Shown here piece after piece: positions 11,964-24,931 of a DNA stretch of 64,000 bases. The notes below the pieces were generated by a model. The model worked only from the letters and a program-made list of their open reading frames with translations. It was not told the origin of the DNA and did not search any database. The stretch lies in the NCBI GenBank assembly GCA_051047955.1, contig JBPGPT010000056.1:1-64000 (forward strand), read 5' to 3'. Positions within the stretch are counted from its first letter, which is position 1. Each line of letters starts with the position of its first letter. The DNA is from Cystobasidiomycetes sp. EMM_F5. Its lineage: Eukaryota. Position numbers and translations under genes: made by a program.

Positions 11964-13480
11964 ATGGACGACGACGTCTCAAAGGACATCCTCGTCAAGC
12001 GGCAGCGGGGACTCGAGGCGCAGCGGGCGTTCAGGAAGCGCAAGGCAGCGCATCTGCAGGACCTCGAGAAGCGGGTAGCGCTGTACGAAGTCGAGAATGC
12101 CCAGCTCAAGGGAGAGAATGACCGGCTCAAGGAGGAGAACAGCTGGCTGAGGGCGCAGGCGACGATATCGACATCGACAAACTATACGAACGCTTCCTCG
12201 TCGTCTGGGGCAGATGGCTTTCATTCGATGAATAATAACGAAAACGCAACAAACCAAGAACACACCACAGCAGCATTGCCCACACACTCACCGTCACTGT
12301 CGTCCTCGAGCAACACCTCACCTCGCAGCAGACGGCGCTTCTCGGACGATGCTCCCATGCCAGAACCCGGGCACCGTCATGCACCGCCATTGTCGACGAA
12401 TGCGGCCCAACCCAGCGTGCTTTTACCGCAGCCTCAGCGACCTCGACTAGACCACGCACACTCGCATACATCCTCTCACCATCATGTTGCGAAATCTCCA
12501 AAACGAGGACATACTCTGCCGAGCATTGGCGTTTGGGAGCATACACTCGACCGAAGAGAGATGGTGAATATCGTTCGTATACGAAAAGTCATGAGCTAAC
12601 GATGTTTTATTGACAGCACCCACCTACATACAGACTCCAGCATGGCCAGCCTCAGCCAGCCTCGTCAGCTTCAGCGCTATCACCGCCGAGCATTCTGCCG
12701 CCACCGCACACTTACCAAGACTATACAGCTCCGTCGGCATGGCTTCCGCAACCAAGTACGCACAATCTCAAACAGCTGCACCCGACATCTGGACACCACT
12801 CGAGTCGGACAATGACTCCTGCATCGCTCGTCCTCTCGCCAGGCAGGCACTGCGACTCTCCACCTCCGGAAGAATCGCACGGCGGAGGTGAGGGGCCGTA
12901 CAAGAAGATACGACCCCTCCCACCTCGGCAGAGTCTCTTGCGATCTTCGACAGCCACTACTCATGCATTACCGAAATACAGCAATGCCCTTCACAACCCT
13001 CTTCCTCCCCTCCCTTCACCAGGACTGTCCCATTCCGCAACACACCCTAATACGCTCAGTGCCGCTGCTCACCAGACATTCCTTCCTCCCCTGTCATACT
13101 CCATATCGTCATCCTTCGATTCTGCGGCTTCCTCTCACATGATTTCCACTCGCAATTCCCGGTCTCGTACCTCAAGCAGCGAGCATAGCGCAGCGACAGG
13201 AGGACACGAAAACAAGTCTTCAACCATGTTCAATCATGCACATGATGTATCCCAGGCTGAGACTGCTGCTCTACCACCTCTCTCGGTCGCTGGTCAAGAA
13301 GAGGCAACGGTATGCTGTAATGGAGTCATCAAGTGCCCGGATATCGATATCGATGGTCGACCTTCGGACACAAGCACGGTCCCTCGCCCAATGCCGCGTA
13401 AACAGCAGTCGATTGAGGAAGACTACTTTGAAGTGTTTGGTCACCTCCCGACGGCAGAGGCGACAATAGTCGAGTCGTAA
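11964..13480 (+). CDS. bZIP transcription factor with C-terminal CCxGxxxC motif
   Basis: Basic region KRQRGLEAQRAFRKRK plus leucine zipper. Intron 12564-12616 joins in frame to the 12812 ORF, which contains CCNGVIKC. Confidence 0.85.
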
Positions 13481-13871
13481 TTTTCCGCAGTATAGTGCAA
13501 GCCGCCAAAAGACAAGTGAAGTTAGAGTAAGAAATAGTTTCAAACGGACAATTCAGCTTTAGTGTACAGTGAAGACTCATGATAGTGGACAGAAAGTGCG
13601 GTCATGAGAAAGTGTATACTCATTCGAGCCATTCTCTAGCCTCTTCATTCCTTTATGAATACTCTATAGTTGTGCTTATAACAACCTGTAGCCCCGATGT
13701 ATTCAACGAAATAGAGCCGAATACGGTCCTACCGAACCACGCACCTGCGTATCGCGGTGTGTTGTCGCCCAGCTTCGTTAGCCCATATTGTTTCGTTAAG
13801 CTTGAGGCGATGTACTTGTCGCATCATGTAATGTACGTATAGTCCTTGCCGCTCTACTCTTATCTGGAGGG

Positions 13872-15074
13872 TCAATTCTTTTCTGCAGCAGGCCAATGAG
13901 CATTAAGAATAAGTGACTGCCGCGATGATAAACCTCAGCAGGATGAATCAACCCACTGCCCGGCGTCACCTTCTGCAACCACTTTGGCACTTTGTTGCCA
14001 CTCGTGTTCGATCCCACTGTAGATTCCTTCCCTTTATCTTGTTGTTCCAGCTCTGATTTTCTCGCTGCTTCTTGTGCAGCTATCTGTTCTGGCGTTGGAT
14101 CAAAGGATGGAGGAGCAGGTAGATCTTCTGCGATATCCAGAAGATCCGCACGTAACGGCGCTCTGGTTGCGGACTCTACATGTTGACCGTCAGCCAATAT
14201 GCGAACAAGAGTGCAGTATGGCGTACCGTTCAGAGACTCTTCCGAAAATTTGATGTGTAGCGCAGAAGACGGAGCAAGCTGGAGATCCAGCAGACTCTTC
14301 CCCGTCACTTTCGGATCATTTAGACGAAGTTCAAAGCGTGGCGGCGTGTCTATCAAGCGCATCACGATCATGCAGCGGTTCGTCGTAAATTAGGAAGATT
14401 GGTCATTCAGTGGATTTCGTATCGCTAGATAAAGCCTTCTCACATAGGATGAAAGGTGATTCTCTCCACTCTTCGTTTAGCGATTCCTTAGTAAAATCAT
14501 AGACGGCTTGAAGTGTTTTCGAAGAAGGAAAGGTAGTCTCTAGCTGATGTCTGTCTGGAAACCTGATTCGTATGGTTGTCTGCAATCATTATATCAGTGT
14601 TGACACGTTTACCGGGGCAGAGTGCACATTGACCCACTCTAGGATAACGATTGACGCGCTTCTCCTCCTTTTTCCTCGCATCCAAGTCTCGCTGTTTACG
14701 CGTAGTGAAGTTTGTGTTGACACCGAGTTGAGCCAAGCGCTGCGACTGCCCAGCTTGAGCCAGTCGAAGGTCATTGGAAGAGGGTTGGTAGTAAGAGTCT
14801 GGGAGGTCGGCTGCATTCATCGTCCATGAAAGCATATATGTACGCGGTGTTCTCTATGTCAGATCCTTTACCGCTTCCTCAGAAGGTCTCAACACTCACG
14901 AATACGCGGCATACTGCCATCCTTTGGCGGTTTGTAGACCTTGACCGCAGAAGGCTTTGCGGATGGTCCAGCAGACAGATTAACATCTTGTTGGGCATCC
15001 AGCATGCTCGTGCTGGCTGTTGGCTGCTGAGCGCCGTCCACCGGCGTATTGGACGATGACGCGGTTACGTCCAT
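13872..15074 (-). CDS. UBX-domain Cdc48/p97 cofactor (TUG/ASPL/Ubx4-like C-terminal part)
   Basis: LPDSYYQPSSNDL, TTIRIRFPDRHQLETTF, L-LAPSS and terminal KVPKWL; multi-exon. Confidence 0.8.
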
Positions 15075-15271
15075 TGCGCGAGTCTTGCTGTTCAGGCTGA
15101 CAGCGTCGTGCAGAATCCCGCAATTAGTACTAAAAATGCTAACGCGGTCCAGAGGCAAGCTGCGAGCTCATTGTTGATTGCTCCAAGACAGGGTATTCGC
15201 CACCAAGTTTCAACGTACAAATACAACGACAAGCTGAAAAAGACTATGCACTGACTGTCAGCTATATATGC

Positions 15272-18200
15272 TCAGAGCTCTTCAGTCGAACGGAGTCGAG
15301 GCATTCCAGCACCGCGAGCAGAAGCAGCCTTGACGTTGCGGATACGCTGCGTGTCGTCCTTGGAACTGGTCGAGACAGTCTCAAACGATTCCGCCTGCAG
15401 ACCCTTCCCGTGGTACACCTCCTTTATGGCAGCAGGAAGAGCGTCGATTGGTTGGGAATTTGCCTTCTGCTTGATTTGGCAGAAATTACGAGGGGACAGC
15501 GAAACTGACGGCTCTAACCGACGCTTTTCCACTGCACGTCGGCTGGGATGTGTAGGCGATTGTGACTGCGACTGTGACTGGTATTGCGGCTGAAGTATAT
15601 TTGACGGGAGCTGAGACATAGCTCTCCTCAATTGTTCACCTCGCAACGTCACCGGCGAAGGCGGAGAATCCTCGTCAGGTGGCAGATTTTCGGCAGCACT
15701 GCTCATGACATCTTCTTCTTGTTTGATTTGACCAACTTTACGATACGGTGCAAGCAATAACTGGTATTTCGCATCGTCAAGCGACTTGACGGTATTCGAG
15801 ACAAAACAATCCTCCAGCCAAAGAATGTTAACTTTCGGAATCCTCCACTTATCCGCATAGTGGGCTTTGTTGCTTTCGAGACTGCGGATTAATCAGTCGA
15901 GAATTCTTCTTTGCCCATGACAGGACTGACTTATGGAACACAAGAACGCTTGTCTTCGTTTTTGAAAAGGTCGGACAGTATTGACAACCTAGCGCTCTCG
16001 CCAATTCGGCCACTACCTTCTTGTTCGACTCGTCAAAGCCCGTGGGGCAGATCGTCTGCATTTAGTATGGAATCAGCCGAGGTACAGGTACGAGCAAACG
16101 AGATGTACCATCTGCGCAAATTCAGGAAGCATCTGCGCCGGACGCGGATGCCACATTAAGTGCAGAGCCGGAGACGTGAGCCGTCCATCTGAGAACATCT
16201 GCTGCAGCCACGCCAGGTTTCCGATTGCCTTCGATGATTCCATAGCCTAGTCAGAGGCAAACAAACGTTAGCAACAAGTTTTCAACAACAAAATGAAGAC
16301 ACACCTTCTCGTATTCCCATCCTTCACGGGTCTCACAGAGCATATAATGAGCCATCTGCAGCGCTGTCTCTGCACTTTGACGGACATGTCCGCCTTGCAA
16401 AACGATTCCGCCCGCACCCTCGATCTTCAATCGCCAGGCATGTGCATGCTTGTCGCCTTCGCGCACACATTCCGCGAAATAGAATGCAACGCCAGCCAGG
16501 AAGTCCGACGAGGCTTGTGCTAGTGGAGCATGCTGAAAATTGCGTGATGGTGCCTTTTTGTCAACAAGGATTGATCTCGGAGAGGAGGGTGGGTGCACCA
16601 GGACCTCAATACTAGGCTTGCTGGTGTGCGGAGGCGGCAGACGGGATGCCTTGCATCCAATCGATCGGCCTGTTGTAGATTGTGAATCTTCCTCAATCAA
16701 GGTACTCGTTCGCTGCGTTTCCTCTTGCTTCCCATAGTTTAGTTGAGGCGGATTCTCTACACGCATGAGAAGCTCAATATCGTTCGCATCGTCGAGGTGA
16801 TCAAAATTGGCTTGAATGAATTCCTCGCCCATCCTGCCGGAGATGCTCGCGAATCGACTGACAGCTTCTTCTTGCGCGGCTATCGTTTCTGCCAAAATAT
16901 CTTCCATATTATCATCATCGTAATATCCCATGGGCGCAGTATACGGAAGTCCCATCATCCGCCTCTGTGGTTGAGCATCGAGGCCGCTGACGAAGGCTTG
17001 TGCTTCAGCTTGGAGTTGAGCACGTCCCCCTTCTGCCAAAAGATCACCAAAAAGGCGGGGAAGCGATAGATAGTCTGCCCCTTGTGCTTCCGGATAGACA
17101 GTATTTGGATAGATAGTACGCGGTCTGAAGCAGGCTACCAGGTCTCTCAATTCTGGTAAGGTCGAATGTCGAGCAATCGGAACTATGAAATTGTCGGGCC
17201 ACCGTTTTCCGCACGTCTCGCTTATAGAAGCTTCTCTGCACCGTTCTTCCAGCCGCGCACGATATGTTTTCCAACCATGCGCCGTTGCCTCTGCGAAATT
17301 GACAAATACGATATGAGGAGCGGATCCGTCCTCTTGCAGACTGCGTTCGGCGGCCAGAGAAACAGCATTTTGCGTCTGCCAGATCCTCAGGGCTATCGGC
17401 TCGACGTAGCATCCTAGTCCGTCTCCGCGTGTATGTACGCATTTCCACTTCTTCTCGCACGCGTGGAACCGAGTGTTCGTAAAGACTGGCGTGCCAATGT
17501 CGTTTAGAGGGGGATGAGTCTGCGGATTTGATGAATGGCGAAAGTCGTGATCTGACACGCTTTTATAGTCGTACATGTCTCGTTTATAATTGTCAAAGTG
17601 GATCTGCGTGTCTCATTAGCAAGCTCACTTTCAGTATGATTAGACATACCCTAGTCTTATACTTGTGTGCTACAGCTCTCAGTAGCTCTTCGTACCCGGT
17701 AGTCCAGCAATTTATGAAGAATCTTGTATTGGTCGGAAACAGGTCAAACAATTCCAAAGCTTCTGAGACAGCTTTCTCCTGTGGCCAATCATTCAGCCAG
17801 ATATATATTCAACTTACAGAAGGTTTGACGGCCGCACCTTGGTCATGACAGCTGCACTAGTCATTGCTGCAGCCGTATCGAGATATATGCAATCCAGCCG
17901 CCTTCGACCAGGTTGCAATTTTCTCTTTTTCGGTCTAGGAGGGTCTGACGACCCATCTGGCTTTTCGTGCATAAATAGCTTCAAGCGTGGATTCTGACGT
18001 ATCCGATTAATCAGGAATACTTCGGCACGCACATCGCCGGTGTAGAGGATTGCATGCTCTGGAGACTCGATGAGAAACCTGGCAACGGTGGCGAGAGCGA
18101 CAGAGTCAGTACTGTGATCTCACGTTGAGATGAGATTACCTACATCACTGCCCCGGGACAGTGATTTGCGTCTATTGGGGTAATCCACAATTCTGATCCA

Positions 18201-18705
18201 TACTCATCTGCAAAACTCCGTCGCACATTTAGATCAAGAGGTTTCTGTACAAGTCGTCCATTTAGCTGCTTCCCACTCGAGGACACGCGCAACCTACAAT
18301 AACATCTATACACTTCCTCTTGCCGTCTCTTCCTATCATCTGCCTCCCTGTACGCGGGTCGATGACAGGGGCGCGCAGGTTTGCAAAGGTGTAGTATCTG
18401 TCTGATTTAAACTGGTTGACCTGGAAGTATACGCGTTCGGAGGCTGATGCAGAGTGGAGGAGAAGGTCCTTTGTCGCCGCGGAGCAGTACAGGCTGCGTG
18501 TGTCGTTACATTAAATGCTTGTTGTGTCAATGATAAACAACCCAACTCACGTTCCCCGGAAGTTCTGGCTCGCCAGACCCACGGTGTGGTCTGCGTGGAT
18601 GTGAGAGAGCAGCTGGATCTTTGTGGCCGTGTCCTGCTGCGTGAAGCGGTCTGCGCGTATCCGTTTCCCAAAGTACGGCTCAAAGTAGCCGTCAAAGGTC
18701 GACAT
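15272..18705 (-). CDS. Artemis/SNM1-family metallo-beta-lactamase beta-CASP nuclease with C-terminal tandem BRCT domains
   Basis: N-terminus MSTFDGYF..IRADRF...LLSHIHADHTVGL, then ANHCPG, ILYTGDVRAE, IYLDT, ARHSTLPEL. Two BRCT-like repeats follow (FLAGVAFYF...GG...GNLAWL; TICPTGF...LG...W..PKVTFLWLEDC). Confidence 0.85.
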
Positions 18706-18864
18706 TTTGCGGGGTTGCTGAGGAGGATTAGGATATTATAACACTATGCAGTGTTCATTATAATCATCATCATTCATTTATAACATATTTGCAACTATTC
18801 AGTGCAAAGCCAACCTCGACATTCTCCTTGAGTATGGGTTGACTCCCGACCAATACCTGCACCC

Positions 18865-19331
18865 ATGGACGGTCAAGGGAATGCAGCGCACCCAGCCATC
18901 GATGCAGGTCCGTCCATACTGCCAGCCATGGCGCTCGCTCAAGACAACCCGTACGCCGGGAACGCGAGATGCAGCAAACTCGAGGGCCAACTGCTGGGCG
19001 AGTATGCGCGGATGGCGGGCAACCTCGACAAAGTGAGCGGTGGTCACTGTGTGGATACGCGTGTCGAAGGCTGAGTATGCCTCGTTTTGGGGCTAGCTGA
19101 ACGATATAATCGCCAGACTGGCAGCGTCAAGTCCAGAACTCCTAGACAGCATAGTCCCGCTCGAGCGCAAGCTGGGGCTTATATTTACCCTGTTCAAGGT
19201 GAGCGTGTAGTGCCGCTGTATCGATCTGCAGCGTCTGACGATGTCCCGTGTCTTTGGTGCTGCAGGCGAGCGTGTGGGCTACCCGCATGGCCGAGCAAGA
19301 AGCAGAAGAAGCAGAACTATACGACGCGTAG
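18865..19331 (+). CDS. DAD3: DASH/Dam1 complex subunit Dad3
   Basis: NPYAG...LEGQLLGEYARMAGNL and LERKLGLIFTLFKASVW, spliced over two introns. Confidence 0.9.
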
Positions 19332-19480
19332 AGTGACTCGGAGTGTTCATTGCACACGGCCCAAAAGACCAAACAACAACAGGGACGCTGTACACTTCAA
19401 CCTGCACTCCATTCTGCACAAGGAATCGATTTGCGAGACCAAATCTGTGCACGTCGAGACACAGACTCGTCCGAGAGGCA

Positions 19481-20504
19481 TCACGTATTGTCTGCAGAAG
19501 AAACGGTCAGCACTCATCCTTTTATTTGTCATGCTAGACGGCTACGCACGCCATAGCAAGTTTCTGGCACTATCCCACACCTCCGAGTCGAGGTAAAGAT
19601 ACTGCATCGAGGAGACCATGCCACCGTGCAGTCGTTCTCTATGATGTTGAAAGAGCCACCTGTGGCAATGTTTGAGTGCATCAGCCCAACAGTCTCGGGG
19701 CAGACGGAAGATACGGCATACATTACGGTTCCCCACGCTAGCGCAGAGTACCACCTGAATACTTGCGATTGCGGCGGACGACTCTTTGGGTACGGATAGC
19801 CTGGAGGAGTAAGCTTCTGTGAGGGTGGGGGCGGGGGGATCGAGGATTTCGGAGCTCCATCGAATTTTGAGCGGGGAAGTGCAGAAGTGACGACGCGAGA
19901 AATGACGTAAAGGACAATCTGGAGAGGGAGGCCGTCAGGACGTACTCGTCGCAGAAGAGTGAAAGTCTCCCACCTGCTCATTCACGGCATTCCGGTCGCC
20001 GAATACGATCCATCCTCCAACAAGGCCAGCCCAGAAGGTATCGAAAGAACCTTGCTTCAAGCTACTCCACCGGTGTAGGAAGTGTCGTTGGAGGAGGAGC
20101 ATGGTCTTGTAGATTGTTACAAATTTGGCGAGGTTGAAAGCGTGCTGCCGGGTCGCTTTGTAGATGAATTTCAATCGGGTTTGCCAGCTGAGGAATGAAG
20201 ATTACGCTTAGTGTGATTATCAGGAAGAGGTATAACAATGCCAATGACGTACGGCGTGCGATGGAAGATGAGGCTCATGATGAGTGCGTGCGGGAAGCGG
20301 ACTTTGACGCCGCTAGAAGTCAAAGTGATATGGATCAGCTCCACAAACAAGCACCCAGCCATTACATGCTCACTATACGAATCCATTACGGGCTCCCTTG
20401 AGGATTGCTAAGATATCCCTAAACCGGGGATCCAGGACGAGGTGGTTGAGCCTGTCGACGAGGAGTGCGCCGGCGCTGCCAACTGAGCTGGATGGCGGGG
20501 GCAT
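19481..20504 (-). CDS. Peroxisomal membrane protein 4 (PXMP4/Pmp24, Tim17 family)
   Basis: ILKGARNGFVYG.KVRFPHAL, ATRQHAFNLAKFVTIYK, FGDRNAVNEQIVLY, SSMQYLYLDSE..W. Confidence 0.9.
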
Positions 20505-20712
20505 GGTTTGATTAGAACACAATTGTAATGGCTGATTAGAAAGGAAAGAGAAGGGCATTTGAAATGAATGCCCGGCGTATTTGAAGCCCGGTGGTTGATC
20601 GAGCAATGGCAATGCAGAATAGTCGCAGCTCTGCTCTGGACGATGAAGACGACGATTGATAATGTACAACGCACTTCTGTCCATCGATATGGTCACGGAA
20701 TGACTTGAGACC

Positions 20713-22942
20713 ATGGTAAACTACGCCGGCTTGAAGGAACGCTTTCAATACATCAATGGGTTGTATGTCGAGCACAAGGATAAGTTACTCCAATTACAAG
20801 ATGAAGCAAAGGAAATACTGCCGTACGCTGTGTCGGAAGAGGTCTCCGATACCGTCCCATCCGTAAAGCAGCAGTTCAGACACACCCAAACAGCTACAGG
20901 CATCGCAGACAGGTGCACCGCTTTTCTAAACGACCCAGTCACAATCTTTCGTTTTCTACGCAAAGCGCACTTTGATTCAGCAGCCGCTTTCGAACTGCTG
21001 CGCAAGACGCTTCTCTGGCGGGTATCTACGTCCGTAGATTTGGTATCCCCTTCATCACTCGAACCGATCTACTCCGAACGACCCGTATTCTACCTCCACC
21101 CCCACGTTCATGACACCTTTGGAAGACCCGCTGCCGTCCTATCTCTCCAACATGTAGTGCGCACAGAAGATGGCTCACTCGACGCCCTCAGGGAGTACAT
21201 TGCATTCCAGATGGAAGTCGCACGACGATACCTTGCAGATCAGACTCATCTCGATGTGTCTGGAGCGCCGAAAGTACAAATTGTACTGCTTCTCGACTTG
21301 TGCGGTGCCAATCTATCCAACTTTGAGATCGAGCTACTGCCGTTCGTTGTTGACATTCTCAAAAACCACTTTCCGGGTATGCTGCGCTATTGAAAAGAAC
21401 GCAGAATGCAGCTAATCTAAGCATAGGAATGGTCGGCGCAATCTATGTACTCAACTATGGATGGGCGTATGCAGGGATGTGGCAGATTGCTCGGAGGTTA
21501 CTCCCAAAAGTCACATTGGAGCGCATTCTGTTTCCCAGTGCTGGAGAACTGTTCGCCTGCAAATATTTTGACAAGCAGCATATGCTACTTGGTGCGCTCA
21601 GCTGCAGGTGTCGCAACCGAGAAGACTGCTGATGCATGTTCATAGAACACGGTGGGACCCTCAAGTATCGATATCGCTTGTCGAGCAATGCCATCATGAT
21701 GAAGTACGGTCGGCCATCATACTTTCTTCGAGGTCTGCGGCTGTCATCCACGGTCGTCACTCCCTCAGCCTCTACCGCCGCATCACCTGCACCCTCACGA
21801 CCCTTGTCCCGAACCGGTTCTTTCGAGAGTCTGCGCAGTACAGATACTACATTTCATTCCTTTACTAGCACACCGAGACAAGCTAGTGTTACAAGTTTTG
21901 GCGATCATGCTACAAGTAGCAGCAGTGGCCAACCCCACAAGCATACTCCGTCGTGGCTCGGCATGACGCGAGCCGACAAGCCAGGTGCTCGTATAGCCAC
22001 GTTCTCAAACCATGTATCGCCCTTGTCCTCACCCAAGACAGCGAGCAGAGCACTAGCAATTCAAGAAGAGGGAAGGTCTCGAGAAGACAGCATTGAGCAG
22101 CTTCGCGATCAGCTGCAACAGCAGGATGTGCGGTCGACAGATCAATCGCGAGCGGTGCGCAGTGGGAAAACTTCTGGAACGGTGGTAAGTTGTTTCTGGC
22201 GCATGCAGCTTTTTTCCTTCTCTGATAAGATTCCCTGCAATAGTCGCCGTACAACGTCAATAACCCATACTATGGATATCCAGCCACCCGCTACGCCTAT
22301 ACAGATGAAGCCTTATTGCTAGGTGATTCACACGACAATGCAGTATCCAATCATACGATCGACCGGATCAAGTTACCGCATGCACGACCGTTCCATGCAC
22401 GGCGTCGAAAGCGAGACCTATTGAGAACGCTATCCTATCTTGCGGCATTACGTATCCTTGCTCTACACCGCAGGTTGAAATGGAGGCTCGCGCTGCTGTC
22501 CCACTTGTTCTGGAGTAAACTTGTGCGGTGGGGCGCTATCGCTCGGCATCCGCTAGTCGAGCACAATACTGTGGAGCCACATGAAGATGAGGACGATATG
22601 ACTTTTGATACAAGTGGTGCCCTGTCGGCGAACGTAAGTCCGGTCAAGGGCCGCAGAAAACGACGAAGCGTCCATTGGGCGTCGGACGATCCGTCCGCGC
22701 GAACGTATCCACAGATCCTCTTGTCGATCTTGCGGAGGCTTTCCCCGATCTCGATGCTGCAACGTACGCCGAGATGGATCATATATCTAGCGGCCCTTGT
22801 GTTTCTTCGCTCTGCGTTTTTTAGGTCGCATGCAAGCAGGGTTACGGAGGACGTGAAAGCCCGGTTGCAGCGAGCGTACGAGAAACACCCCATCTCGCAG
22901 GGACTCAGATCGTATGCGCTTAAACTCGGTGTTCTGGACTAG
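20713..22942 (+). CDS. CRAL-TRIO (Sec14-like) lipid-binding protein with C-terminal extension
   Basis: FRFLRKAHFD..AA..LLRKTLLWR, DTFGRP, LLLDLCGA, HFPGMVGAIYVLNYGW, EHGG. Confidence 0.85.
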
Positions 22943-22971
22943 GATAGGAAGAGGCAAATCGTCGGCAGCCA

Positions 22972-24803
22972 TCAGCCAGCAATAGCTAGAGTAGGCAAAC
23001 GGCCACCAGGCAGCATGCCGAATGGGCATGGTGTCCAGGAGGCCGAGGATGCCAAGCGCCATGCTTCCGAAGTATTGTGAACGTCTTGCACGTCTGCAGT
23101 CGTATCGAGCTGCATATTCGCGTCCGAAGACGCTGGCTCGCCTTCGGTCGTCTGCATTAATGCATTAAGGCGCTCCTGCATCCTCGTCAGAGCAGAATCC
23201 ACCTCGCTGTTGTGTAGTGCAGCAGTCTACGCAAATAGATGGAAGAGTGAGAGTTATTCGGGGATAAATTCTAGCATTAGTTGACTGCATAAGAGTATGC
23301 ACATTGACGTACAAAGACAGGCATAGAATGCTTCACATTTTGCAATTTCGACACGGTGGCTGATATGTGAGAGTTCTGGCGAAGCAGATCGGAGAGAACA
23401 GCGGACGTACTTTCCTCGCGCTGTCAGCGTTGGCATACCATCTTCTAAGCAAAACGAGGCCCACTAAGCGTTGATATTTATCAGGCAATAACGAATGACC
23501 TCGTCATGCAGTCCACTATGCTCCTTGTTGAGAAGGAAGACGATCCACGCGGTACACGTAGTCAAGAACGATTTGTCGATGAATTTGCTTGGATCCGCAG
23601 GTGCGCCATCAGTGCCCTCCGAAGCACCGTCACTAATCAGCTCGAGGAGCTCCCAAATGAGGTTCGTAATCCACCCAGGGAAGGAGCTGCCCAACTGGAC
23701 AAGTAGAGGTTGCCATATTGCGAGTATTTCTTCTGGCAACTGCAGGGAAGCATGCCTTCCAGACAGCTTGTTGGCTGCCAGTCTCTTCTTCTTCGACATG
23801 GGTACAAGGTGGCCGACCTCAAGAAGTGCATCTATCAGCATCTGGAAGCCCGCATCGTTTTCCCCGCTGGTCGCAGTTTGACTGTTTACAGTGGCTTCTG
23901 CCAAGCCTCTAGCCGCAGACGCATTGACGTCGATAACCCAGCGCTCTATCGCACGTATATGTTGCCCAAGCTCCCCTTCATTTGCTAGGGAGACATCTCG
24001 CACGACTTGCTTCTGAAACACTTTGTACTCTGCAAGTAAACTGATTATCTCGCTGTGCTGTAAAGCAAGCATGCCTTCGTCTTGCATTATAGGCTCTGAT
24101 GACTGCAATTGAGGCAGCCAATATCGTTCGTACAGCCAGTCAAGCGCCTGTGGGGTTACGATTCAGCAGAGTATTGGCCAACCTCGCAAGTTGCACACTT
24201 TTCTGGCTGCACTGCGAAGTATCGCTAGACTCGGCATATCTTCATGGGTAGCGGCATGTCGAATCTCTACAAACCAGAGCGGTAGGCCAATCTGTTGAGC
24301 TATGGCTGCGATGGATCTTGCAAAAGGACCCTGTTGAGCTGGATCCACGATGCCATTCACGAAGCTTTGCGACAGGACAATCAGCAAGATGATGCTCGAA
24401 ATGGGACCACATTACGGATCCTGCGACCAACCGAATGAGAGCTGAAGCGTAAGCCAACCGCAGCTCGCCATGGAAGATTGTGGGATGTGACTGTTTTTGA
24501 GGGATATCTGTCAGGATGACCGCCAGCAGTGTCGCGGTAGCTTCGGCACCGTAGGGACAGCAGCCTCTCGAGATCCACGTATGGATCTGTACGGAAGCAT
24601 CAGTGGACGAGCCAGCAGGCAAGCAGGGTCAGCCGCTTTATCGTCAGCTCACTGGATTGAAGAAATTTGATTAATAAACAACGGCTCACCTGCTGAACAC
24701 CGCGGAGCTGGGCATCTGGCTCGCTGTTATTGCTAAACAGAAGCTCAAAGGTCGTCTCAAAAGCAGCGGGGCTCTGCCATGGTCTTCGCCTAGGCAGCGA
24801 CAT
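22972..24803 (-). CDS. LAS1: Las1 pre-rRNA processing endoribonuclease (HEPN)
   Basis: MSLPRRRPW, LRLAYASALIR/FVNGIVD, LPLWFVEIRHAATHEDMPSL (RxxxxH HEPN motif), C-terminal WTPCPFGMLP. Confidence 0.9.
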
Positions 24804-24931
24804 GGGTTCGCACGAGGCAGAAGCATTTTGCATTGAATAGCAGCAACAACAGAATATCTTGGTTACCCCCAGTCATCGGCTACATGGTGGTCGTCTCTTG
24901 AGGTTCCTTATACTGCTGGCCTCATTGGGCT

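Noticed and set aside
11856..11982. Another AG-free stretch (about 127 nt) upstream of the bZIP ATG
   Set aside because: No donor/acceptor pair gave an in-frame product, so it was not counted as an intron example; it may be promoter or 5'UTR composition.
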